Assembly (NCBI RefSeq): GCF_001194135.2
Contig: NC_068986.1
Span: 40,598,586 to 40,662,585, forward strand
Length of the DNA: 64,000 nucleotides
Direction of reading: 5' to 3'
Source: Octopus bimaculoides
Lineage: Eukaryota
The notes under the pieces were generated by a model that was given only the letters and a program-made list of their open reading frames with translations, was not told the origin of the DNA and searched no databases. The number at the start of each line of letters is the position of its first letter. The stretch's first letter is position 1. Shown one piece after another: positions 1 to 11,922 of this stretch. Made by a program: the position numbers and the translations under genes.

Positions 1-207
1 TGTCTTTTTAAGAAAGTTAAAGAAGTGATTTTAAATTCTCAATCGCAGAATAATGCTAATAATATAGCCTGAACAGGATAAACTACCCCTATTTTGCAGA
101 GAAAAGTGTAGGTGGCTAGCTGTGGACTATTAATTCGATACTTGATTAATGAATAGAATGTTTGTGGAATGAAATGGCTATAAAGTAAACTTTCAACATA
201 TTACATT

Positions 208-434
208 TTAACCCTTTGGCATTTAAACCAATTAAATCCAGCTCAAAGTATTCTACCTGCTTCACATGCAAACTGACTAGGTCCAGCTTCTCACACCTAC
301 CCTACAATGTCATTCTAAAAATAAGCAAGCACATCACTAAAATTTGAAAGCTGCAAGATCATGCATGGTTAATTCAAAACAACATGAATCAATAAGCATT
401 ACATTTGACAAAATAATTTGAAAGCTAGAGTTAA
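208..434. mobile_element. piggyBac-like (TTAA-CCCT...AGGG-TTAA) MITE, representative copy
   Basis: Starts ttaaccctttggcattt; other copies ~3003-3603 (SINE-interrupted), ~17770-17990, 26652-26852, ~43330-43505, ~54903-55255. Confidence 0.65.
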
Positions 435-590
435 GCTTCAGAAGATTAACTCCTTCTTAAGATATCCTTTAATATTTCTACTTTAACTTCATACTTTATC
501 CCTGAACTGATGTATATGTTTTTTGCTTTGTTTTTCATTTAGTTATTTATTTCATTTTTATTTATATATATATATATTTTTTTTTTTAAG

Positions 591-716
591 ATTTCAATGA
601 ATGTGAAATGGTTGGCGCTTGCAGTCAGATTTGCACAAATATTCCTGGTTCTTATAAATGCAGTTGCGCTGCTGGTTACATTTTGAAACCTGATGGAAGA
701 GGTTGTAAAGCAACAG
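591..716 (+). CDS. LRP4: LRP4 exon w1: Ca-binding EGF ([42 protein letters not shown])
   Basis: ttaag acceptor, gtaa donor, phase 1-1, 6-Cys cbEGF pattern. Confidence 0.95.
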
Positions 717-3700
717 GTAAACAATTAAATAATGCATCAAGTCAGAAACCATAGTTATTTCTGATTTTATCAATGTCCAGTGATCAGTGTCCAAAATCAC
801 ATACAAATAGAATTGTCTAATTAAAAAGTTCATCACATAACCACATAGTTCCAGCTTCAATTTTACAGTACAGAATCTTGCATAGACTCAAGGTTAGCAA
901 GGCCTTAGGGTAAAATTTGTTATGTAGAAATGAGAAATTGCACAGAAATCTTTGTGTGTATGCATATGTGTTTACCAGTGTTAATTGATGTAACTACTTC
1001 ATTGTACTTAAATGTAAAAAATTGTTATAAATTTGGATGAAATTTAACCATGTAAGAGAGTTCAGTGAAAGTACTCTGAAGGTGGAGCATGGCTATTGAT
1101 TGCTGTTGTTTGGATGTTGGCAATTTGTCATGGCTAGCTAGACATTGAACCTGTTTTGGTGGATGTACTTTTCAGCATTGAAGGAAAAAGGCTCAGATAC
1201 ACATGCATGCACATGCAGAAATATACATATATTGATGGAGATAGATAGATAGATAGATAGATAGATGGATAGATAGAGACATTGCAATTCATTAATTGAA
1301 CATGATCAATGTAAACACTTTCCCTCTCCTCATACACATAAAGAGAAATACGCTCATACACAAAATGTGAGAGAGGTGGGGGAGGAAAGAACAAGAGAAA
1401 TATTTAAACGTCTGATGTCAAATAAGTCATCATCAAATCAGCAGCACCAGAATGGCTGTACCAAAACATCACTTGCCCTTTGTAGGTGGTGTTTCAGCTT
1501 GGCTGCAATCCAATGACTGAAACCAGTAAAAGACTAACTTTCTGTTGAAATTTTCCATTTCCTATTCATTATTGTTACTTTCTCAGTTGTGCTGCTTATT
1601 ATTTTTTTTTAACATGGTTAGCATGCCAAGGAAAATGCTTAGCAGCATTTCATCTGTTTTTATTTCTAAGTTCAAATTCTGCCGATGTCGACTCTGCCTT
1701 TCATCCTTTCTGGATCGATAAAATAAACACCAGTACAATACTGGGGTCGATTTAATCAATTTATCCCAACCCCAAAATTGCTGGCCTTGTGCCAAAATTT
1801 TCAATCAATATTAACACATCTGTTAATGATATATGGACTGTTGCAGTAGGGCCGATAAGTATATCATACACACAAAACAGAAGGTTTTAAGTTTTATATT
1901 CATTTCTACTACAAACAAATATTGTGCTGTTCTTGTGGTGGAAATCTTAAGAGTGAAGGACAAAATACCTTGCAGTATTTCTTTTGGTTCTTTGAGGTCA
2001 AATTCCACTGAAGTCAACTTTGCCTTTCATCCTCTTGGGGTCAATTAAATGCCAGTTTCCAGGATGATGGATAGTTTGTGGATTAGATGAGATACTTCAC
2101 AGTATTTCTTATTACTCTTTACATTCCCAGTTTGTGGGTATTAGACCTAACTATTGCCTAACCGTCTCATCCTATTGTACTTTTTATCAGAGTTTAGTGT
2201 GTTGCAAGCATTTAGATATTGTCTAAATGATTGCAACACATATAAAGGGGCATTGATACTGCCTGTCCTGTGCTGATTACAAAGGTAAAAAAGAAGAGAT
2301 GCTTAACTTTCAAATGGCCCCATTATTTATAGGTTCTGTGGTTTTTATGATCAATGCTGATTAATGAGAATGTCAAGCTTAATGTCCTGAGTTCAACTCT
2401 TCACGACACTATAGCTTGGAAAGGAATAAAGACCTCAGTATTTCTTCTTCCTATTTCATGCCTGGTAGCATGTAAGTCTTCCTCTCTCTCCCCACCCCCT
2501 CTCTGCCTCCCTCTCTCTTTCTCCTTCCTTCCTCCCCCTCTCTCTTTCTTTTGCTACTCTGTCAATTGCCATGGTTTGCAACTGGTTCCACATTCCCAAT
2601 CCATTTCCCTGCTTCTCTTTTTCAACAGTTCTTTCCTAGGTGTTCATGGGTTTTCTGCACTCTCTCCTTCATTCAGAAGCCCATTGTCATAACTGTCATG
2701 CATTTGTTGTTAGGGTCTTTCCTCAGGAACTTCAGTATTCAGTCAGCCCTCATTAATCCATAAAGAGCATAGGGCTGGTTTCACAGTTTCTCTGATACAT
2801 ATATCCCTCCTTGGACAGGATACCATTTACTTGCAGAATTACTCATTTTTTCCATCTGAGTGACCTGGCATAATGTGAAATGCAGTGTTTTGCTCAAGGA
2901 CACAACACAGGAATCAAAACTACAATCTTATGATCATGAGTACAATTCCCTAACCACTAAACCATGTGCCTCTACAACTTCAGTATTTATTTGGTCTGAA
3001 ACTTTATCATTTAAACTGACCATATCCTGCCCAAATATTCTGCTAGTTTTATGTTGGAACTGGCCATATCCAGCCTCTCACACCTATCCTATAATATCAT
3101 TCTAAAAATAACCACATCATTGAAATCTAAAAGCTACGAGATAATGCATGGGTAATTCAAAACAATGCAAATAAATAAGCATTACATTGGACAGAGTGGA
3201 GGTGCAATGGCCCAGTGGTTAGGGCAGCAGACTCGCGGTCATAGGATCGCGGTTTCGATTCCCAGATCGGGCGTTGTGAGTGTTTATTGAGCGAAAACAC
3301 CTAACGCTCCACGAGGCTCCGGCAGCGGATGGTGGCGAACCCTGCTGTATTATTTCACCACAACTTTCTCTCACTCTTACTTCCTGTTTCTGTTGTGCCT
3401 GTAATTCAAAGGGTCAGCCTTGTCACGCTGAATCTCTCCGAGAACTACGTTAAGGGTACACGTGTCTGTGGAGTGCTCAGCCATTTGCACGTTAATTTCA
3501 CGAGCAGGCTGTTCCGTTGATCGGATCAACTGGAACCCTCGACGTCGTAAGCGACAGAGTACCAACACATTGGACAGAATGATGTGAATGCTAAAGGGCT
3601 AAATTACATATCATGCATGAAATCTTAGATCATAGTACCCTCATGATTCATTAGCTTATCACAGCATGGGCAACCTTCTACAAGAAGTGGGTTGCATGAA

Positions 3701-6700
3701 ACATGGCTTATCATCAGATGAACTCACTGCTAAAAAAGAAATTGAAGGTTTTTTTTTTTTTTATTTGCCATGACATTCAGAACATCTCATGGGCTGCAGT
3801 ATACCCATGACTGGTTTATTGATTTCACATCATCTTTATATTCAAAAGTAAAGTGTGATATTAAAAATGACATATCCTTACATCCTGCCTAGCTAGCATG
3901 TCATCGTTTATTATGGTAGTGTTCTGTTCAGTAAATGATACTGGAATGAATATTAACTGCTGCCTTTGACTATAAAAATTCAATATCTCATAAAAGAAGA
4001 AAAATAAAGCCCAATGAGGAAGACATTATGTACTTTGACTGTAAAAATTCAACATCTCATAAAAGAAAATAAAACTGAATGAGGAAGACATTATGTACTT
4101 GCTTGATTTTCTAGAAATAGTAGTTAAATGGAATGACATAGTCTTGGATACCCCTAAGAAGAGACAGAATAATCATGCTTGGAATGAATAATTTAATCAT
4201 AGGTTTCTTTGTTCAGGGATGACCTGGGGGTAAACAACAACATAGGGGAAACAAAGCAAAGCAAACCAATATTGAATAATGATAAAGGTGGATTCTTTCA
4301 GAATATGACCCTCTACTCCATTTCCACATCAAATGAAATTGTGTACATGGTTGATGTTAGTCATATGACTGAAGAATAACTTTGGTATTTTTCTACTGTA
4401 GGTGGAGAAGTGAGTTTGATATTTGCTAATCGAATTGACATCCGGAAAGGAAATCCTGACAAAGCCGAATTTACATACATTCTAAATAACCTGGACAATG
4501 CTATAGCCATTGACTTCCACTATGATATGGGGTTGCTCTTTTGGTCAGACGTCACACTTGATGTCATTAAACGAGCTTACATGAATGGCTCTGATATCCA
4601 AGATATTGTCCAATATGGTCTAAAGAATACAGGCAAGTCTTAAACTTTTTAATTTTATTTATATTTATTTATTGTTACCATAATAAAATATTTTCCTTCT
4701 TTCACCCTTATCATTGTTTTTGTTCTTCTCCTTTTCATTATTAGTAGTATTTTAATGTACCGTAGGGTGTTGAGGTAAATTGTGCACTATATATAACATA
4801 TGGAACGAAAACCCAAATCTTGCTGTAAATATTGTCAGAATGAGACAACTGGGAGTGGATGTTTTGATGTTAGCAATTTGGTATGGCTGACTGGACATTG
4901 AACCTATCTAAGCAACAGTAGTTCTAGGCCCTGGGGGCAGACAAACACACACACATAGAAATATACACATATAGACAGAGAGAGTAAGAGGGAATGAAGG
5001 GGAGAGAGAGAGTAAGAGTATGATTTATTAATTGAACATGCTTAACAGAAACACTTTCCCTCTCCTCATAGAGAAAAATGTGCTTACACACATAAAGAGA
5101 GAGGGAGGGAGAGAAAGAGAGATTTGGAGAAATCAGTATCATTTAATACATCATAATGTTCCTCCTCACTTTCTCTCTCTCTCACTCTCACTTTTCTGCT
5201 CACAACACCAAAATTTTAATTACTGTCAGTCCTACTTTGGTTTAAGATGTACAGAAAATCCGTTGGAGAAGAAAATTTTTTTTCTGTTTTGTCAAAATTT
5301 CACCAACCATCATATGATACATAAAGTGAAGCAGAAAGATCAACAGTTTAGCAGTCAAATAATTTAGTAGTTATAATTACAAACTAGCTATCAACTATGA
5401 TAAAAACAAAACTTTCATGGCACCAAAAGAACCCATCGACAAATATATGATGTCAATAAGCATTGCATTGAATCAGCTATGCCAAATAGACAGGCCAAAT
5501 TTCACACCCAAATATTATTTGGGCTTAAAACGCTAAATTAGTAAAGAAACACAGGTCTGCGAAGCTTACATCATGCAATTTAAGGCTCAGTCCTTCTGTG
5601 TGGTACCTTGACAAAGTATTTTTTTTACCAAAGCCTTCAGTGGTAGACCAAATCCTTCTGAGGGAAATTGGGTAAGCAGAAACTGTACTGAAGTAAGTCA
5701 GTTGGTCTATATTTCTATTGAAATACACTATCTTCATTTCAATTAATTTTTAAAATAATGAAGATTTTAGTAAAATAACTTTGTTGGAGATTAGAACATA
5801 ATTTAGCACAAAATTTTGATCAAAATTTTTAATTTAAATAATTTTAAAATATAGATGCAGAGATCTATCTCTCTTGTCATTACTGCTCTGATATTTTTGA
5901 CTATTCACTTTAATTTTCTGACTTGTATAAGTAAATAATTGATTTTTTTTTTTACTTGAAAATAATGAGGAATAAAATCTTTTTCAGGTGGATTGGCTGT
6001 AGACTGGATCCATAACAAACTGTTCTGGGCTGATTCTGGTACTTCTAGAATTGAAGTGGCTCAATTAGATGGTAGTAATCGAAAAGTTATCGTATGGAAA
6101 GGAGTTGACAAACCTCGTGGTATAGTGGCCCATCCTGGGAAAGGGTAACACATCTTACAATTTTTTTAAAATTTCATTTTCATATATGACTGTTTTTGCT
6201 TTGTTTGTGCTTATTTAAAAAAAATTTTTTGATTAAAAATGGTTGTAGTGTTATTATGCTGGACTACTGTCCTACAGTTATCTTTTACTTATTTCAGTCA
6301 TTTAGACAGTGGCTATGCTGACATACTGCCTTGAAGAATTTTTGTCATGAATCAACCTCAGTGCTGAACCACTAAGTTATGGGGATGTAAACACACACAC
6401 ACAAACACAGATAAATATATATATATGGACATGTGGTGAGAATGAATGAGGATAGCTGTGTGAAAAAGTGCCACTCCCTAAAGGTTGAGGGAACCCGTGG
6501 AAGAGGTAGGCCCAGGAAGACCTGGGCTGAGGTGGTGAGGCAAGACCTTCGAACATTGGGCCTCACCGAGGCGATGACTACTGACCGAGACCTTTGGAAA
6601 TGTGCTGTGCGTGAGAAGACCCGGCAAGCCAAGTGAGATCGTTGCCAGGGCCCCTGGACTGGCTCTTGTGCGGGTGGCACATAAAAGACACCATTTTGAG

Positions 6701-7242
6701 CATGGCCGTTTTCGTGCAGGTGACACGTAAAAGCACCCACTACACTCTGAGTGGTTGGCGTTCGGAAGGGCATCCAGCTGTAGAAACTCTGCCAAATTAG
6801 ATTGGAGCCTGGTGTTGCCATCCGGTTTCACCAGTCCTCAGTCAAATCGTCCAACCCATGCTAGTATGGAAAGCGGATGTTAAACGATGATGATGATGAA
6901 TCCCACACCATATTGCAGTTCTCCTATCACGATTTATTATTTAAGCTTACGTCGATTCCTCCATAATGTTGTTTTGCATTTATTATAAAATAAATATATA
7001 CAAATTACAAAAATGTACAGTACTGTTTCTACTTCACAGATTTTCACCTATCGTGTGGGGGGAGGGGTATGTAACACCCACGATAGTCGAGGGATTACTG
7101 TATATATTTCTACATGGTGGTATCAAAAAGTTTCCAGATTAGTTATGTCATCCTTACTAGCATTTGAACTTATAATGTAAAGGCAATCAAAATACAGCTA
7201 AGCATTTTGTCCAGCATGCTAATGACTCTGCCAGCTCACCAA

Positions 7243-7304
<62 letters not shown>

Positions 7305-7318
7305 TAATTAATAATAAT

Positions 7319-7358
<40 letters not shown>

Positions 7359-10300
7359 TGATTTCAAGTTTTGGCACAAGGCCAGAAAGTTTGGAGAAGT
7401 GGGTAAGTCGATCACATAAGTCCCAGTACTTGATTGGTATTTATTTTATCATCCTCGGGAGGATGAAAGGCAAAGTCATCAGAGCAGAATTTGAACTCAG
7501 AATGCAAAGATTGAAGAAATGCCACTAAGCATTTTGCTCTGCCTGCTTGCCTCTTTGTAACATAGGCACAAGACCACAAATTTGATGTATGTGTGGGAAG
7601 AGGTTAGTCAAATTAATCCCCTGTACTTGATCTTGATACATACTCTTTGTACATTGTGTCAATTTCTAATGTAAATTGGTAGCCAGAGAGAGGGCAACAT
7701 ATGGTCATTTAGCCTGCTAGAAATAGGTGCAAGATCTTCCTTAAACCATAACCACACTGCCCTGAATAAAGAATGTATCATTGGACAATATAACCCTTGA
7801 TACACTACATATCAAAAGATGAGAATGGGAATGTCTTGGTTAGAATACTTTTGATCGTATGTTTGTTCTGTCAAGGTTGACTTAGGACTAAACAACATCA
7901 ACTTTGTCTACTGCAGTATATGTCCATTCTGATGCAAGCTCAGTGGAGGCGCAATGGCCCAGTGGTTAGGGTAGCGGACTCGCGGTCATAGGATCGTGGT
8001 TTCGATTCCCAGACCGGGCGTTGTGAGTGTTTATTGAGCGAAAACACCTAAAACTCCACGAGGCTCCGGCAGGGGATGGTGGCAAACCCTGCTGTACCCT
8101 TCTACCACAACTTTCTCTCACTCTTACTTCTTGTTTCTGTTGTGCCTGTAATTCAAAGGGCCAGCCTTGTCACACTGTGTCACGCTGAATATCCCCAAGA
8201 ACTACGTTAAGGGTACACGTGTATGTGGAGTGCTCAGCCACTTGCACGTTAATTTCACGAGCAGGCTGTTCCATTGATCGGATCAACTGGAACCCTCGAC
8301 GTCGTAAGCGACGGAGTGCCCCCTAAAACGATGCAAGCTCAATCTGTTCAGAAATTCAGTTTAGCATCTTGGGCTTCAAATGGGAAGTAAAACAGGACAT
8401 AGTAGACTGCAAAAGAGACAGATTTTTTCAGAATATAAAACTGCCATGCCATATATTATTGATTAGTTTTTTTTTGCTTTCAGTTCAATAATTCTAGTTT
8501 TCATTATTATACTTTCCAAAAGTTTATTACATTTAATAAATCTAAAGCTTCTTATGATCACAACAGCATGGTGTAGATTCTGGAAATGGTTGCATTGCAA
8601 TAGTCACACTGGGTGTATAAAAATGCATAGAAATTGTAATATTGACATTATTATTATTTTTCTTTCTTAATAACTTTTGCATTTACATATTATCCACCAG
8701 GCTCCACCCAGACATCTGAAGTAGATAACAGATATGATGTTCTTGAATCATTGATGATAATATGTTATCAAGAAGCCCTGTATAAATTGTAAAAAAGAAA
8801 AAAGAGAAGCATGTGTACACATGAGTGCTCATTAAAAAAATGTTATAATATAATAATAATAAATAATAATAACAATAATATTTATTATAATTATCATAAA
8901 GGCAGCAAGCTGGCAGAATTGTTAGCACTCTGGAGAAATGCTTAGCAGTATTTTGTCCATCATTACATTCTGAGTTCAAATTCCACAGAGGTCGGCTTTG
9001 CTTTTTATCCTTTTTGGGTTGATAAATTAAGTACCAGTGAAACACTGGGTCGATGTAATTGACTAGTCCCTTCTCCCCAAATCTCAGGCCTTTTGCCTAT
9101 ATAGTAATCCCTCAACTATCGCGGGTGTTACGTTCCAAAATCCACGAAGTAGAAACAGTACTGTATATTTTTTAAATTATTTTTGTAATTTTTATTATAA
9201 ATGCAAAACAACACCATGGAGGAACTGATGTAAGCTTAAATAATAAACCACAATATGGCGAGGTATCACTGTAGTAGAAAGAATTATTATTATGATTATT
9301 ATTACCTCCGCCTTAGCAAAGGCGGAGGTATTGTTTGCAGTTGTGTTTGTTTGTTTATTAGTTTGTCTGTGGACAAGATGAGAACTGCTGGATGGATTTG
9401 GATGAAACTTTCAGGGATATTTGGCCTCATGACTGGCATGAACTGATTAGATTTGGGGATCGATCCGGTACCTGACAAGGATTCTGGATTATGTTTCCTG
9501 TTTTTTTTTACTTAATTTTTGAGAGCGGTCGGGTTCATTTTTAGTATTCTCGTTTGTGAGATTATTTCAGATATTCTCATTTTAAAACTCATCTCTGGAT
9601 AATCGTTGAGAGAACGTTGGTGTTGCCTTGGCAGGGTTTGCACTCTCTCAGTTCTTGTTATTATTATTATTAAGCAGCAAGCTGGCAGAATTATAAGCAC
9701 ATTCGGCAAAATGCTTAGCAGCATTTTGTCCGTCCTTACAGTCTGAGGTCAACTTTGCTTTTCACCCTTTCGAGGTCAATGAAATAAGTACCAGTTGTAT
9801 ACTGGGAGCAATGTAATAAACTAGCCCTCATTGATGATATCCACATTTTAAGGGCTAAATCACATTTCTGCAGTTTTCACCTCCTCATTGTCACATGATT
9901 TTTTTTTAGTCACTTTTACAACTTGTGTGTGTGAGTTTGTATGCATGCATGCACTTACAATACACACACATGTGTGTGTGTGCATGTAGATATTCAAAGC
10001 TAAGACTTCTATTCATTGCTGTTGTATGCTTCACTGCATTATTTCTTAAAAAAGGGAAGCCTCAATTTTGAATACATGAATACAGTCGACTACAGATGTT
10101 TAGTACTTTTTTTTCTCTTTTGTTCATAAATCTAAATTTCCATAAATATATGCATATATATATATGTGTGTGTGTGTGTGTGTATATATAAAAATATATG
10201 TATACATATACATAGAAATGCATATACACACATACACATACACATTCTTGTATATGTGTATATACATATAGGTTTGGCCATAGAAACAGGATAAGTAAAG

Positions 10301-10407
10301 CTCAAAATGTGTGTGTGTGTGTGTATTGATAGATAGATAAATACAAATATATATAAACGTGTAACATGAAATTAAAATTATACTAAATTTTGCAGTTTAT
10401 ACATACA

Positions 10408-10438
<31 letters not shown>

Positions 10439-10522
10439 TATTTCTAGTCTGTCATACACGTTGCTCTCAACACTTGAGTTACTTTCTAACTTCTACTCAT
10501 TAAAAATATGTCTATATACACT

Positions 10523-10566
<44 letters not shown>

Positions 10567-11353
10567 TGCATGCATATACTCACATACACATACATCTACA
10601 TCTGTTTATCTATCTAGCTACATATATGTCTGTGTGTATAAAGGACAATTAATTAGATTTTATTCTAAAAGTGTTTGGCAAAGATTTTGAGGTGTAGATA
10701 GTATTTTTTCTTTTTTCTTTTACATTGTTGCGAGATAGCATTTTAGATGCAAACAAGTGGAAGTATTTAAACAGGAAAAAATCCTAAGATATCAACGTGC
10801 GAAACACGGCACCCTGAGAGCAATGAACCACTTTTGCTTATTGAAATAAATGAAGAATGAAAATGAAAATAACCAAGAAAATCTTTTTTGAAGATATTAG
10901 AAACAAAATAATAATAACAATAATAATAATAACAACAGCAACAATAACCATAACAACAATAATAATAATAAATAAATAAATAGCAGCAAAGAAAAGTTTA
11001 GAAAAATCCTAGCTTAACACTTCAAACACTAAACTATTGATTCGAGAATATTTTTGTTGTTGTTGCTGTTGTTGTGATTACTGCTGCAAATTGAAGAGAG
11101 AGTTGGATTATATTTTATTTTGTGTTAGTGAGGATGATGACAATGGTGATGATGATAATAATTGAAAACTTATTTTCAAACATGAATGAAAATGGAGATA
11201 GAGCAAGACAGATAGAGAGAGATAAGTATATCGACAGATATACAGATAGATAAGTAGGTAGATAAATAAATACATAGATAGATAAATAGAGGGAGAGAGA
11301 GAGAGAAAGAGAGATAACTACAAACATTGGTTGAGAGAGAAATACAGATAGAC

Positions 11354-11387
<34 letters not shown>

Positions 11388-11884
11388 TGATAGCAAGACA
11401 GATAGAGATAAGTAGATAGACAGATAAATAGATAGAGAGATAGAGAGAGATATACATACATTGGTTGATTGAGAGAGGGGGCAGGTAGATAGATAGACTG
11501 GTAGATAGATAGATAAAGAGATAAATGCATAAATAGATAGAGTGATATAGAGATGTGAAGCAGAAAAATCAATATTAATAGTAACTAGTTTGTTTCCCCC
11601 CATGTAAGAATTTAAATTAAACACTTCACTTCTCATGTGAATTTTGAAAGAATCGCTCAGATAACTCACAGTTGAGAAAATATACCAAAGAAAACAAACA
11701 AAAATTTTAAAAAAAAAACACAAAATGAAATCAATAAATATTTCTACAAAGGTATTTTAGCTGGCAGCAAAAGAAGATTAGTGAAGAAAAATGTCATGCT
11801 GTTAACTATTTGAAAATTCTATTCAATAACACACGTCTGCCAAATTGACATTTGGAAGTAAACATCTTGTGCAAAGCATTGTTG

Positions 11885-11922
<38 letters not shown>

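Noticed and set aside
3196-3275. tRNA genes
   Set aside because: The tRNA-like heads have A/B boxes but continue into SINE bodies with TSDs, and I see no complete cloverleaf.
11115-11723. Long minus-strand ORFs (SIYLSIYL...)
   Set aside because: Artefacts of (GATA)n; the same applies to ORFs spanning N runs and (TA)/(CA) arrays.
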